From NCBI GenBank assembly GCA_040389185.1, contig JAZKAJ010000007.1:5127-69126 (forward strand): 64,000 nt of DNA. The letters are read 5' to 3'. The first letter of the stretch is position 1. Each line of letters opens with the position of its first letter. Origin of the DNA: Patescibacteria group bacterium. GTDB lineage: Bacteria; Patescibacteriota; Minisyncoccia; Phycocordibacterales; CAIRYW01. The position numbers and the translations under genes are program-made. This document shows positions 11,350 to 22,141 of the stretch, piece after piece. Under the pieces are notes generated by a model. It was not told the DNA's origin, did no database searches, and worked only from the letters and a program-made list of their open reading frames with translations.

Positions 11350-12054
11350 TTAAAATTGATTAACAAATCTTAAATCTGCTGTATAAAGTTCTCGAATATC
11401 ATTCAAGCCATATTTCACCGCAAGAAGTCTGTCGATTCCTCCTCCGAATGCAAAGCCTTGCCATTTGGTCGAATCCACTCCTGACGCCTCAAGCACATTT
11501 GGATGGATAAGTCCTGCACCCATCATTTCAAGCCACTTGCCTTTCCACTGCATATCCACTTCCACTCCAGGCTCGACGAATGGGAAAAAGCTCGGACGAA
11601 ACCGTATCTCAGCATCCTCGCCAAAATATTTTTTGAAGAAATGTGTAAGCACACCTTTAAGATCAGCCATCGATACCACCTTGTCTACAAAGAGTCCTTC
11701 AAATTGATGAAACTGCGCTTCATGTGTTGCATCGGTCGCTTCATTTCGGAATACTTTTCCAGGAACAATGATCGCCATTGGAGGCTTGTGTGTTTCCATA
11801 TATCGGATCTGCATCGGAGATGTATGAGTTCGAAGAAGTTTTGCTTCTTCACCTTCTTTTCTTTTTAGCCAAAAAGTATCCTGCATATCTCGTGCCGGAT
11901 GATCAGCAGGAAAATTAAGTGCTTCAAAATTATAATGATCTGTTTCAACTTCAGGTCCTTCAACAATAGAAAAACCAATATCATTGAAAATATCTGAAAT
12001 CTCTTGCACAGCTTGAGTAATGAGATGGTAGTGACCTTTTTGATTTGATTGCAT
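11350..12054 (-). CDS. pheS: phenylalanine--tRNA ligase alpha subunit (short form)
   Basis: 234 aa with PheS class II motifs (FNFEALNFPADHPARDMQDTFW, GFAFGGGIDRLLAV). Confidence 0.9.
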   Translation of the reverse strand: MQSNQKGHYHLITQAVQEISDIFNDIGFSIVEGPEVETDHYNFEALNFPADHPARDMQDTFWLKRKEGEEAKLLRTHTSPMQIRYMETHKPPMAIIVPGKVFRNEATDATHEAQFHQFEGLFVDKVVSMADLKGVLTHFFKKYFGEDAEIRFRPSFFPFVEPGVEVDMQWKGKWLEMMGAGLIHPNVLEASGVDSTKWQGFAFGGGIDRLLAVKYGLNDIRELYTADLRFVNQF

Positions 12055-12240
12055 CCCGTTCGAAATAGGAAGCGCTTATCGCCTCCCAGTATTATTTAAT
12101 AAATGATAATGATTACTCTCTAGCATATTTTGCTCTGAAACTAAGCGCTTCCGTAGTATATGTGAATTTAAAATGCTTATCGTGCTTTTGCCTTATTGTA
12201 ATATGTAACTCTGGACAACTGCAGGATTTCGAACGGGACC
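12052..12240 (-). promoter_or_regulatory. pheS leader: nested long-range helices sequestering the start codon (leader family)
   Basis: In mRNA sense the distal arm GGUCCCGUUCGAAAU (12240->12226) pairs with the proximal arm AUUUCGAACGGGAUG (12066->12052). An inner helix GGAAGCGCUU (12150->12139) pairs with AAGCGCUUCC (12076->12067). Confidence 0.5.
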
Positions 12241-12348
12241 AGTAGTTGTTAAATTATAACGAAAAAACAATAAAAAGCCACTCTGCTTTAGTACATCGCA
12301 GCTTTTCGATTTCTCTAAATACTTGAACTTACTCGCTGCAATATTTGA

Positions 12349-15300
12349 TCATTTTATTAATGAATTCAACACTTCCCTCGTCTTTGGTCCAAAGTATCCT
12401 ATAGCAGGAGTAATATTGTATGCTTTTTGAAATTTGATCAGAGCTGCTTTTGTTGCAGGACCAAAATATCTTGTCTCGAATCCAGAAGATCCAGGACCAG
12501 CTACGGCAATAGGAAAATTGTGTGTATTGAGGAAGATCTGGAGATATTTTATATCATCACTTCGTATAGTTCCGAATGGAATGTCTTTAGTGAAGGTAAA
12601 GCCGAGTGTGGTATTGATCGGGGAGGTTCGAACACTTGGAATATTCGGAATTTGAGAAATTGATTTTGAACACGCTTCTCCTGTAAGAATACTGAAATTA
12701 AATCCTTGAAAACATCCTGGAATAGTGGGTTCTGTAGTACGACAAGGAAGACCGGTATTTGTATCAAATCTCTCTCCTCCCAAACAAGTGGGAAGATGAG
12801 GAGGAGTATTATTATTAATTTGAGTTCTTGAAATAGAACTTGCTGAACCACTTGTATTTCTAGTTCCCTCTTGTTCCGGCGCTTGATCTGTTGACTCAGA
12901 TGTAATAGCGAAAGAAGTGAGAGGAAGCGGAGTACTTGTGTTACCAGCATTATCAGTCACAGCAATCGTGCAGTTCAAATATGTTCCGACTGTGAGTGTA
13001 GAGAGAGTGATTGTATTAGAACCTGAAGATACACTTGTCGTCACACTACTACAAGATCCACCATATGTAATTGTACCGGCTTCAGTTGTTGAAAAAGTGT
13101 AGTTTGGGCTAGTGTTTGTTCCAGAAGTGACCGGTGTGATCTCTGCCAGTGACGGTAAAGTAGTGTCGATTGTTATTGAGAGTGCAGGTGATGCACCACT
13201 TTCATTACCCACAGAATCTACTTCAGTGTATGTGATACTATGCACTCCAGGATCTAAGGCAGTACTTGTAATTGTAAAATTATCTGAATTGCATCCGATA
13301 TAATTATTAAATATCCTATCAACATATAGATTCACTTGAATATCAGTACATGTGCCAGTAAATGTTGGTGATGTGTCGTTCGTTACATTATCCGTCGATG
13401 ATGCGCCCGTATCACTTGAAGAATCCAGGTCTGGTGCAGAAGAAGGTGTAGAAGGTGGAGTAGTGTCTACAGTCGCGGTAGTGGTCGCAACATCTGAAAA
13501 GTTACCGATGGTATCATAGGCAAATATTGAGTAGTGATACGTCCCATCAGGTACATTTGCAAGATCCCAAGATGTTCCACTAAGTCCTGTAACTACCGCT
13601 CCACCACTATTTGGATCAGTTACATATCCTACAGTAGTACCAAATACACTTACAGTTGAAAAATCAGAATCTATTGGATTAATCCACGAAAGATGAACAT
13701 TACCTCCTGATGGATTGGCAGTGAAGCTTGTCGACGCACTAGGCGCTGTAGTATCAATAACAATATCATTATTTGCACCAAGACTTCCCGTGGTACCTGG
13801 ATCAGGCAAAGTGAGGTTTGCGTCTATAGATGAAGAGGTACTTTTAATGCTTCCACTGTTTAAATCGAGCGCGGCGTTTGTTGCATAATCAAGGTCAGTC
13901 GAGTTGTCTCCATCTTGTACAGTATATGCAAACACCAAGGTGTCACTGCCAGAGCCTGAAGCATAAGTCGCAACAGCATCTGTTGTATCACTTGTCTCCA
14001 GAGTAAGATGCGGTGTACCCATGACTGTAACCGCCTCTGAAAAATGAACCTGTATTTCTACATTACCACTACTTGCAAACGCTCCTGAATTTGTAGAATC
14101 CACAGAAGTGACAGTTGGAGCTTGTGCCGCATACTGAAAAGTACCTCCGTTTGTCTCCACAAAAGTAGTATTGGAATCGTATGTTGCACCCGATACATCC
14201 ACAACAACACCAGGACCATCAGCAACCACAGTCCACGGATAAGGATCTTGTGTGAAATCTCTTACTGTAGTTATACTAGAAGTATATCTACGAGTAAGTG
14301 GGCCTTCTATAGAACCGCTAATATATGCACTTAAATCACCGTTAAATATAGCACTCGAGTTAAGAGTGCCTCCCCGATTCTGACTTGAATCGTTGAATGT
14401 AGCATCACCGGCTATAGTCCCATTATTGTATGAAGAATCATTAAAGACAGCATACGTTGTAATCATGCCCTCATTATGGGCACTATTATTGAAGGTAGTC
14501 GTAGCAAGCTCTCCACCATTGTACGTAATCCCACCATTACTATTTATATAGCCCCTGTTGAATGTTGCCCCATTCATAGCTTGAATATTTATATCTATAT
14601 ATCTATCATCTAGAGATGGTGAAAAGGTAAAAGTGTTTACTGTCGGAACACCGATTGATGATGTCCATATACCGTCTACAGCAATCACATCATCGGTAGA
14701 ATCTGGCGTGGCAGTAGTAGGTATGATAAAGGAAGAATCAATTCTCCAATTTCCCACATTACCCCAATCATTATTATTGATTGAATTGAAATATTTTCTT
14801 GTACTATTTACAGTCCCGGACGTACCCGCTACACCAGCAGTACCAGTCTGACCAGTTGAACCTACTAAACCGGTTTGCCCATTTGATCCAGAAGCGCCAG
14901 CGGAACCGTCTGCGCCGTTCGTACCGTTGCTACCATTTACACTTCCACAACCATTTTCATCACACCCTGGACTCGAACCACTTCCCCCACTTCCGCCAGA
15001 GCCACCAGAACCAGGACTTCCCGCAACCGCAGTGCCCCCGCCACCTGGCAGACCAGCAACACCGGCTGAACCAGCGGTGCCTGCTGAATATACTATGCTT
15101 CCGAATTGACTCAAGCTATCAATCGATACATTGCCCCCATTACCTCCATTACCTCCATTACCAGCATCACCTCCATTACCTCCATTACCAGCAGTACCAC
15201 CATTACCAGCGTCACCACCAGGACCACCAAGTCCGCCATTGCCACCATCTGTTCCGTTACAATTACAAGAAGGTACATCCGCACTACCACCAGGACCACC

Positions 15301-16134
15301 ATTTCCACCGGTACCTCCGTTACCTCCATTTGCACTCCCCCCATAACCACCACGGCCACCATTGCCGCCATTTGCACCATTACCACCATCTACAGAAATT
15401 ACAGCAAGGGAATGTATATTTGCATTAATTAAAACTATGTGGCCTCCATTGCCCCCATTACCACCATTTGCACCAGCAGATCCAGCTGTACCGTCCCCAG
15501 GACTTCCACCACCTGTACCGGCAGTACCAGCACTTCCACCACCCCCAGCATAAGCAGTAGGACCTCCTGCTCCCGGATCACCATCTATACCTCGATCCCC
15601 GTTTGTACCGTTAGCATCGCTGGTATTTGAACCATCATTGCCACTAGCCCCAGCATATCCATTTCCACCATTTGATTGTAGCTTGTCGTACACCGTCGAA
15701 GTCGCAATCGTGATATCCCCACCATTAGAACCGTCGGGTGAGCCAGCATCACCATTTGCACCATTTGCTGTAAGTCCGCCATGTACAATTGCATTTTGTA
15801 CTCTAAAACTGTAAGCATTATTTCCAGCAAAGCCGCCATTTGCAGAAATACCATCGGGACCACTAATTTGATGGCCTGCACCATCGATTATTACCCCATC
15901 AGATTGAATAGTAATACAAACTCCCGAAGAAGTTATAATATCTTGGGTCAATGTATATGTACCTGGATCAGTAATAGTCTGACAACTAGATATTTCAGTT
16001 GTTAACGGCACCGCCCGGGTCGTTTTTGGAAATAAAAAAACTCCTCCAACAGAAAAAAGAGTAATCGTAAAAATCATGAGAGGTGAAACAAAGCTATATA
16101 CTCGCTTTAACGTTCGTGATTTATAGATGGACAT
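12349..16134 (-). CDS. giant secreted surface protein (1261 aa): beta-helix-like N-terminal region, Gly/Asn-rich repeats with a collagen-like G-X-Y run, Ig-like/Thr-Ser-rich repeats, C-terminal peptidoglycan-binding domain
   Basis: N-terminal signal/[10 protein letters not shown]-type low complexity. A strict triplet run [36 protein letters not shown]-terminal ...[33 protein letters not shown] matches the PG_binding_1 signature. Overlapping alternative-frame ORFs are low-complexity artefacts. Confidence 0.8.
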   Translation of the reverse strand: MSIYKSRTLKRVYSFVSPLMIFTITLFSVGGVFLFPKTTRAVPLTTEISSCQTITDPGTYTLTQDIITSSGVCITIQSDGVIIDGAGHQISGPDGISANGGFAGNNAYSFRVQNAIVHGGLTANGANGDAGSPDGSNGGDITIATSTVYDKLQSNGGNGYAGASGNDGSNTSDANGTNGDRGIDGDPGAGGPTAYAGGGGSAGTAGTGGGSPGDGTAGSAGANGGNGGNGGHIVLINANIHSLAVISVDGGNGANGGNGGRGGYGGSANGGNGGTGGNGGPGGSADVPSCNCNGTDGGNGGLGGPGGDAGNGGTAGNGGNGGDAGNGGNGGNGGNVSIDSLSQFGSIVYSAGTAGSAGVAGLPGGGGTAVAGSPGSGGSGGSGGSGSSPGCDENGCGSVNGSNGTNGADGSAGASGSNGQTGLVGSTGQTGTAGVAGTSGTVNSTRKYFNSINNNDWGNVGNWRIDSSFIIPTTATPDSTDDVIAVDGIWTSSIGVPTVNTFTFSPSLDDRYIDINIQAMNGATFNRGYINSNGGITYNGGELATTTFNNSAHNEGMITTYAVFNDSSYNNGTIAGDATFNDSSQNRGGTLNSSAIFNGDLSAYISGSIEGPLTRRYTSSITTVRDFTQDPYPWTVVADGPGVVVDVSGATYDSNTTFVETNGGTFQYAAQAPTVTSVDSTNSGAFASSGNVEIQVHFSEAVTVMGTPHLTLETSDTTDAVATYASGSGSDTLVFAYTVQDGDNSTDLDYATNAALDLNSGSIKSTSSSIDANLTLPDPGTTGSLGANNDIVIDTTAPSASTSFTANPSGGNVHLSWINPIDSDFSTVSVFGTTVGYVTDPNSGGAVVTGLSGTSWDLANVPDGTYHYSIFAYDTIGNFSDVATTTATVDTTPPSTPSSAPDLDSSSDTGASSTDNVTNDTSPTFTGTCTDIQVNLYVDRIFNNYIGCNSDNFTITSTALDPGVHSITYTEVDSVGNESGASPALSITIDTTLPSLAEITPVTSGTNTSPNYTFSTTEAGTITYGGSCSSVTTSVSSGSNTITLSTLTVGTYLNCTIAVTDNAGNTSTPLPLTSFAITSESTDQAPEQEGTRNTSGSASSISRTQINNNTPPHLPTCLGGERFDTNTGLPCRTTEPTIPGCFQGFNFSILTGEACSKSISQIPNIPSVRTSPINTTLGFTFTKDIPFGTIRSDDIKYLQIFLNTHNFPIAVAGPGSSGFETRYFGPATKAALIKFQKAYNITPAIGYFGPKTREVLNSLIK

Positions 16135-16252
16135 AAGAAATATTATAACTCAAAAAACTTCATTCCGAAACAATAATATAAAAAAATAAACATTTATTTG
16201 CACAAATTCTTCGTGTAACATTCTGTACATAGACCCTTTAAAAAATCCAGAA

Positions 16253-17500
16253 ATGATGTATAATGCTTGGATGCAAACTATTGTGAGCACCCTTGGCACG
16301 ACTGTCATTTTCTTCTCCCTCTATTTTGAGGTGTTTCTTTTGATTTCCCTTTTTGAATCAAAAAAGAAACGAAAAGAGCTCTCAACACTTGAGTATTACT
16401 TTCCACCTGTCACAATTCTGATTCCTATCTGGAATGAAGAAAGTACAATTGTTGATACAGTCGAATCTCTTCTTAATCTCGATTACCCAAAGGACAAACT
16501 TCACATTATGGTCATAGATGATGGAAGTACCGACCGGTCACTTGAAGCCCTTCAAAAATTTAAAGGTCATCCAATCGTTGAGGTCTACTCAAAACCAAAT
16601 GGCGGTAAGTACACAGCACTCAATTTTGGAATTGAAAAAATGAAGACTGATTTCGTCGGATGTCTTGATGCTGACTCATTCGTTGATAAGAATGCACTTA
16701 AAAATATTATGAGACGATTTACGGATCCAGAAGTAATGGCTGTCACCCCTTCAATGATCATTGAAAAGCCATCAAACATCCTCCGCAAAATGCAGAGAGC
16801 AGAATACAGTTACGGCAACTTTATGCGAAAAGCATACGGATCTATTGGCGCAATACATATCACTCCAGGACCATTCTCTTTCTTCCGAAAAGAGGTATTT
16901 CAAAAAATAGGAATGTACAAACACGCACATAATACAGAAGACATGGAGATGGCTATGCGAATGCAAAAGAATCATATGATGATTGTAAACGAACCTGGAG
17001 CCCTCGTGTTTACAGTGGGCCCAGATACAATCAAAAAACTCTACAAACAGCGCGTGAGATGGGTGAGCGGTTTTCTCGGAAACCTCATTGACTACAGGGC
17101 AATGCTTCTCAACAAAAAGCACGGAGACCTCGGACTTATCGTACTTCCCTTTGCAGCATTTCAGATTATAATAACCTTTATCCTTATTGGAATATCTATA
17201 CATAAAACAGGGATGCAAGTATACAAATATATCTACCAGCTAATGACGGTTGGTTTTTCTGCCCCGATATTCGATTTTGGCTGGTTTTTTGTCGATACAA
17301 GTGTATTATCAATATTGACGGTCACCTTGTTCCTTTTTATCATAAGCCTCATTATGTATGGATACAAGACAGTGTATGGTAAATGGCGAATATCTATTGA
17401 AATGTTCTACTTTGTATTTTTATATTCATTTATAGCTCCTTTTTGGCTTATAAAATCGGTATATAATAATATCAAAGGTGTACATGCGCCATGGAGATAA
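16253..17500 (+). CDS. family 2 glycosyltransferase, membrane-embedded processive type (PgaC/IcaA/CesA-like)
   Basis: DxD region (VIDDGSTD), catalytic D (LDADS), QRVRW (QxxRW) motif and multiple C-terminal TM helices. Confidence 0.8.
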   Translation: MMYNAWMQTIVSTLGTTVIFFSLYFEVFLLISLFESKKKRKELSTLEYYFPPVTILIPIWNEESTIVDTVESLLNLDYPKDKLHIMVIDDGSTDRSLEALQKFKGHPIVEVYSKPNGGKYTALNFGIEKMKTDFVGCLDADSFVDKNALKNIMRRFTDPEVMAVTPSMIIEKPSNILRKMQRAEYSYGNFMRKAYGSIGAIHITPGPFSFFRKEVFQKIGMYKHAHNTEDMEMAMRMQKNHMMIVNEPGALVFTVGPDTIKKLYKQRVRWVSGFLGNLIDYRAMLLNKKHGDLGLIVLPFAAFQIIITFILIGISIHKTGMQVYKYIYQLMTVGFSAPIFDFGWFFVDTSVLSILTVTLFLFIISLIMYGYKTVYGKWRISIEMFYFVFLYSFIAPFWLIKSVYNNIKGVHAPWR

Positions 17501-17553
17501 GAAACAGTTTATAGTCATTAGTTTATAGTTGATAGAAATTAAATAAAAATACA

Positions 17554-18255
17554 ATGGAAAACAAGAAACAAATAGATTGGAAAAAATACGTCATTACCTT
17601 TTTTATAACTGCGACAATATTCGGGACTGCAATATATGCAAGCAATTTTTTCAATAACAAAAGAATAGACGAGATCAAATCAATCCAGGAATCAATCTCT
17701 ACAAACATCATGTCTTCTGAGACTCAGGTATCCCTCCTTTCAGACTTGGATTGTCAGGATGTTGGCAGCTCAATGCTTTCAACTGAGCTCAATTCTCTTG
17801 CCTCTCGAATCGAATATAGTGAGAAAAATATAAACAACGCCGATGAAGAGGTGCAGCAACTCAAAAAAGCATATTCACTTCTTGAGATCAAAGACTATCT
17901 TCTCATGAAACGACTCTCAACTCGATGTAACAAACAATTCGTCTTTGCTCTCTATTTCTACGCAGATAGCGCTAAATGCCCTGACTGTGATAAGGCAAGT
18001 ACGATACTCACTTACCTTCGAGAAAAATATCCAGAGCTTCGAGTATATTCATTTGATTACAACCTCGACCTTTCTGCACTCAAAACCCTCATTACTATCT
18101 CAAAGATCAAAGATAACCTACCAGCGATCGTAATAGATGGTAAAGCAATAGAATGGCCACAGGATAAGGATAGTTTAGAAAAGATTATCAAAGCCAAGTA
18201 TCCAAAGGATGCGAAGGTAGCGACGACGACTAGTAGTACAAGTACGAAGAAGTAA
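17554..18255 (+). CDS. membrane-anchored protein with coiled-coil and a CPDC (CxxC) thioredoxin-fold-like C-terminal domain
   Basis: N-terminal TM helix. ...FALYFYADSAKCPDCDKAST... resembles a thioredoxin-like active-site context. Assignment is weak. Confidence 0.4.
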   Translation: MENKKQIDWKKYVITFFITATIFGTAIYASNFFNNKRIDEIKSIQESISTNIMSSETQVSLLSDLDCQDVGSSMLSTELNSLASRIEYSEKNINNADEEVQQLKKAYSLLEIKDYLLMKRLSTRCNKQFVFALYFYADSAKCPDCDKASTILTYLREKYPELRVYSFDYNLDLSALKTLITISKIKDNLPAIVIDGKAIEWPQDKDSLEKIIKAKYPKDAKVATTTSSTSTKK

Positions 18256-18265
18256 TTAGCTTAAA

Positions 18266-18895
18266 ATGAAATTACTTCTCACCTCAAAAGAAAAGTTTTT
18301 AATTACAAAAGGATACGATCTACTTGGCATTCCGAAAGATAAACTAAAGATTGGGTATATCACCACAGCCCTGAAAGTTGTTGCTGATACTGAATATCTC
18401 AACTATATGAAAGAATATGAAATCGAAATGAGAAAGAATAATATTTCTTTTGAGGAATTCGATATTGAAGGCAAAAATGAAGAAGAGATACGGGAGTTTT
18501 TTAAAGATAAAAATGTCATTCAAGTCTCTGGAGGAAATCCTTTTTATTTATTAAAGAGTATTAGAGAAAGTGGGTTTGATAAAGTCTTAAAGGATCTATT
18601 GAACGAAGGTCTGATATATGTTGGCAGTAGTGCAGGTTCTTATATAATGTGTCCAACCATTGAAGTTGCTGCATGGAAGGTAGGTAGAAATAATTATGGT
18701 CTCAATGATCTTACGGCACTTGCATATGTACCCTTTCTGCTCAAATGCCATTATACAGATAGTGCAAAAGATACTATTTTAGAAAAGGTAAAGGATCTAA
18801 AATATTCACTTAAAATTTTGCGAGATGATCAGGCTTTTTTGGTTGAAGACGGTAATGTTATGTTTATTGGGGACGGAGAGGAAGTAAAAATATAA
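18266..18895 (+). CDS. peptidase S51 (dipeptidase E / cyanophycinase-like) family protein
   Basis: The segment IQVSGGNPFYLL...VGSSAGSYIMCP contains the S51 Ser nucleophile context. Confidence 0.5.
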   Translation: MKLLLTSKEKFLITKGYDLLGIPKDKLKIGYITTALKVVADTEYLNYMKEYEIEMRKNNISFEEFDIEGKNEEEIREFFKDKNVIQVSGGNPFYLLKSIRESGFDKVLKDLLNEGLIYVGSSAGSYIMCPTIEVAAWKVGRNNYGLNDLTALAYVPFLLKCHYTDSAKDTILEKVKDLKYSLKILRDDQAFLVEDGNVMFIGDGEEVKI

Positions 18896-18903
18896 TAACA
18901 TAT

Positions 18904-20634
18904 TTATCTTTTGACAATAAAATCTCCCAGCACAAGAACATCAAAATTATTGTTTAAAAAAGTTCGTATCGCATCTTCGGGTGTACAAACAATAGGCTCG
19001 TTATCATTAAATGAAGTATTAAGAAGCATAGGCACTCCTGTCATATCTTCAAAACAAGAAATCAAATTATAATATCTTTCGTTCGTTTCTTCTCTTACAG
19101 TTTGAATTCTTGCAGTATGATCAATTTGCTGAATTGCTGGCACAAGAGGAATTTTATCTTCTTTGACTTTAAAAGAAAAAAGCATGAAATCTGTAGAAAT
19201 TGGAATTATTGTCGATGAAATATCAAACCAATCTTTTGCCTTGGTATACAGAACACTCGGCGCAAAGGGCCTAAAAGATTCTCTCTTTTTAATTATCTTA
19301 TTCATCTTTTCTTTCATCTCTATGGTTCGAGGATCTGCAAGCAATGATCTATTACCGAGAGCACGAGGGCCGAATTCCATTGCTCCCTGAAACCATCCAA
19401 CAATCTTTCCTTCAGCTAATAAATGTGCTGTTTCCTGAGCAATATCATCAGATTTTTTATATATTAATTTATTACTATTTATAGCAGTCAAGATTTCTTG
19501 TTCGTTGAAAGTGGGCCCTAAGTAAGCATCGTTCATAATGAACACTCTCTTATTTCCTAAGATATTTGCCCAGACATATATTGCGGCCCCCAATGCTGTG
19601 CCCGCATCGTTTGAAGCGGGTTGTATATATACATCATCAAATAAACCTGTCTCAAGAACAGCTGAATTCATTAGACAATTCAAAGCCACCCCTCCAGATA
19701 AACATAGGTTAGTAGAATTAGTCCGCTTTTTCAAAAACTCAACAAGACCAATCACAATCTCTTCAGTAATTTTTTGTAACGATGCGGCAATATGAACATA
19801 GTCTGTCTTCAAATATTCGTCAGACCACTTTTCAATTTTTTTTAAACCAAACAATTTCTCTAATGGACCAAAATCATCTGACCTGAATTTAAAAATATTA
19901 TTATCGACAGTAAAATCACCCTCTCCAATTTTCACCACTGTCTTAAATTTATCTATATACTTTTGAGGATCACCGTAAGCCGTGAAGCCCATTACCTTAC
20001 CTGCATCATATTCTGAAAATCCCAAAAATTTAGCAATTTTTTCCCAAATAAAGCCAAGTGAGTTTGGATATTCAACTTCACCCACTTTTTCTATTTTATT
20101 ATCTTTCCCATGGCCTAAAAATGCACTATCAAACTCCCCTATACCATCAATTGCAAGAACCGCCGCATCAACAAAAGGTGACACAAGATAGGAACTTGCA
20201 GCATGTGCTAGATGGTGTGGAATCCAGTGTATTTTTTTACTTATATCTACCCCGTAATACTCTGATAATTTGTTAGGGAAATTGTTTAATTTATTAAAAA
20301 ACATTTCCTCACCTTCTTTTGTGCCCCAATCACCAGATTCCTTTTCTTCTACCACATCAATATTTCTTAGACGATCCTTAGGAAAGAAAGATAGAGCAAT
20401 GAAATTCACGTCACTAAATTCTATGCCCGCATATTTTATACAGAAATTTATTGAGTTAACTGGAATGAGATCAGGGTTATCTACTCTAGCCTCCTTCCCA
20501 CGCTTAATACGAGTAAATCTTTCTTCTTCGGCCGCAGCGAGAACTTGACCGTCTTTTATAATACAGGCAGATAACTCATGATAAGCGTGATTAATGCCGA
20601 GAATATAGATTGGTTTATCTGTAACTAATTTCAT
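18904..20634 (-). CDS. carbamoyltransferase (NodU/CmcH/TobZ family)
   Basis: 576 aa. N-terminal ILGINHAYHELSACIIKDGQVLAAAEEERFTRIKRG... is typical of the carbamoyltransferase N-terminal ASKHA-like domain, with a C-terminal YrdC-like region. Confidence 0.75.
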   Translation of the reverse strand: MKLVTDKPIYILGINHAYHELSACIIKDGQVLAAAEEERFTRIKRGKEARVDNPDLIPVNSINFCIKYAGIEFSDVNFIALSFFPKDRLRNIDVVEEKESGDWGTKEGEEMFFNKLNNFPNKLSEYYGVDISKKIHWIPHHLAHAASSYLVSPFVDAAVLAIDGIGEFDSAFLGHGKDNKIEKVGEVEYPNSLGFIWEKIAKFLGFSEYDAGKVMGFTAYGDPQKYIDKFKTVVKIGEGDFTVDNNIFKFRSDDFGPLEKLFGLKKIEKWSDEYLKTDYVHIAASLQKITEEIVIGLVEFLKKRTNSTNLCLSGGVALNCLMNSAVLETGLFDDVYIQPASNDAGTALGAAIYVWANILGNKRVFIMNDAYLGPTFNEQEILTAINSNKLIYKKSDDIAQETAHLLAEGKIVGWFQGAMEFGPRALGNRSLLADPRTIEMKEKMNKIIKKRESFRPFAPSVLYTKAKDWFDISSTIIPISTDFMLFSFKVKEDKIPLVPAIQQIDHTARIQTVREETNERYYNLISCFEDMTGVPMLLNTSFNDNEPIVCTPEDAIRTFLNNNFDVLVLGDFIVKR

Positions 20635-20927
20635 ATACTAATTATAACCAATATATTAAAAAGGCAAAATGAAAATGATTCGCCCCCCTACGGGAGCTGT
20701 GCATTTTTTGGGTTTTTACTTCATAAATTCATAAAAAATCTCAAAGGGTCTTGCGGTCAGGTCCCTATCCCGACCTCACCCAGAATCTCTCCTTCGCCTC
20801 TCAACTTGCCGTCGCAAGTTTCGGACTAGGCACCAGCTCGCTTGTTTCTGAAGCTTCAGAAACATAGCTCCGCTGTTCGAGTCTGGACGCAAGCAAAACC
20901 ATTTGCTTGCTGAGGCGACTCCATAAT

Positions 20928-20965
20928 AAAATCCCCAATGCATTTCTGCACCGGGGATTTTTCTT
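20928..20965. terminator. bidirectional terminator hairpin AAAUCCCC-(15 nt)-GGGGAUUU with T-run
   Basis: 7-8 bp stem directly 3' of tRNA-Thr (minus) and 3' of the structured region on the plus strand. T-runs on both sides. Confidence 0.5.
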
Positions 20966-20966
20966 A

Positions 20967-21042
20967 TGGAGCCGCCTCCCAGACTCGAACTGGGGACCCT
21001 CACTTTACAAAAGTGTAGCTCTACCAACTGAGCTAAGGCGGC
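20967..21042 (-). tRNA. tRNA-Thr (anticodon UGU), CCA encoded
   Basis: The reverse complement folds as a canonical cloverleaf: GCCGCCU-UA-GCUC-AGUUGGUA-GAGC-U-ACACU-UUUGUAA-AGUGA-GGGUC-CCCAG-UUCGAGU-CUGGG-AGGCGGC-U-CCA. Confidence 0.85.
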
Positions 21043-21136
21043 AAATATTTAATTATTCAAGTTTCAAGTATCCAAGTTTTCAAGGAAATTTTGTCTTTCA
21101 CTTGATTACTTGCCAACTTGTCACTTGTTCACTTCT

Positions 21137-21499
21137 CTATTTCGTCTCTCGATAGTTTTCTATATGCTTCAAAAAAAGCGAGACTGACCCTCTGTTCTTT
21201 GGAATATCTCGACCCTTAACCGCATCAACTATATGAGATATCTTAGGATACACTACTTCCTTCACTTTTTCAAATGTCTTGACTCCCTGCTTCACTGCAA
21301 GGAAAGCCATCACATTCGCTACTTTTTTTGGCATCTCTCGCGCGGACTGACCAGCATCCTTCATCTTCGCTTTCATAGAATGCTCGTGGACATGAGATAT
21401 ATCAATAAATGCACGACCAATCTCAAGCTCTCTTTTTTTATTCCAAAAAAGGAAGATGATTCCTACAAGCGAGACAAAAAAAGTGATTGAAGTGAACAT
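21137..21499 (-). CDS. hypothetical membrane protein (120 aa)
   Basis: ORF with an N-terminal TM helix. No recognisable domain. Confidence 0.35.
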   Translation of the reverse strand: MFTSITFFVSLVGIIFLFWNKKRELEIGRAFIDISHVHEHSMKAKMKDAGQSAREMPKKVANVMAFLAVKQGVKTFEKVKEVVYPKISHIVDAVKGRDIPKNRGSVSLFLKHIENYRETK

Positions 21500-21507
21500 G
21501 GAGATAT

Positions 21508-22092
21508 TTATGCTTTAGTTGTAAATCGAGCAAACTTACCTATTACTACCTTTTCACCAAACTTTTGAATTGCGTTAGAGATCTTTGTTGCAACAGTCAC
21601 ACTATCATCTTTGATGAAAGGCTGTTCGAGGAGCACCATTTCCTTAAAGTAAGCATTGATCTTTCCTTCAAGGATCTGAGCTTTAAGATTTTCAGGCTTA
21701 CCTTCAAGTTCTTTTTCAAATACTTCCTTGGCCTTTGCTTTGGAATCTTCATTTACATCATCCATACTTTTAAATTCTGGTTTTGTTGCAGCCACCTGCA
21801 TTGCAATGTCATATGCAAGAGCTTTAAATTCTTCATTCTTGGCAACGAAATCCGTCTCACACCAGAGCTCTACCATAGCACCAATCTCACCTGAAGTGTG
21901 AATGTATGCCTGCACAACACCTGCCCCAAGGTCTCTATCTCCCTTCTTTTCAGCGATTTCCGCACCCTTTTTCTTGAGAAGGACGAGAGCCTGCTCCATG
22001 TCCCCTCCGGCATCTTCAAGAGCCTTTTTACATTGCATAATAGAAACACCTGTTTTATCTCTAAGTTCCTTGATTTGTTCTGTAGTGATCAT
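21508..22092 (-). CDS. tsf: elongation factor Ts (short form)
   Basis: UBA-like N-terminus ...IKELRDKTGVSIMQCKKALEDAGGDMEQAL... and the GEIGAMVELWCETDFVA core. The ORF track begins at a TTG (22107); the ATG five codons downstream (MITTEQIKELR) is the more likely start. Confidence 0.88.
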   Translation of the reverse strand: MITTEQIKELRDKTGVSIMQCKKALEDAGGDMEQALVLLKKKGAEIAEKKGDRDLGAGVVQAYIHTSGEIGAMVELWCETDFVAKNEEFKALAYDIAMQVAATKPEFKSMDDVNEDSKAKAKEVFEKELEGKPENLKAQILEGKINAYFKEMVLLEQPFIKDDSVTVATKISNAIQKFGEKVVIGKFARFTTKA

Positions 22093-22141
22093 AGTGAAAA
22101 ATAACAAAATAATAATACGGGCCTACTTGAGACCTGTGTGA

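Noticed and set aside
12427-12950. Small ORFs overlapping the 3' end of the surface-protein gene (12427-12663 +, 12434-12655 +, 12549-12950 -)
   Set aside because: All are embedded in the strongly supported 1261-aa reading frame (C-terminal PG-binding domain).
14799-15630. Plus-strand ORFs (e.g. 14799-15428 His/Gln-rich, 15106-15432 ITS repeats, 15131-15346 Pro-rich) inside the giant surface-protein gene
   Set aside because: These are alternative-frame translations of the GGNGG/GGTGG low-complexity DNA of the minus-strand gene, with no independent start or terminator signals.
20640-20965. Full tmRNA (ssrA) gene on the minus strand
   Set aside because: A 5' segment resembles the tmRNA 5' end, but I could not identify a T-arm/acceptor 3' end, a CCA or a tag reading frame ending in ...AA-stop. 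It is left as an unassigned structured RNA candidate.
20776-21155. ORFs 20776-21027 (-) and 20907-21155 (+)
   Set aside because: They overlap the tRNA-Thr gene and the structured non-coding region. There is no coding signal.
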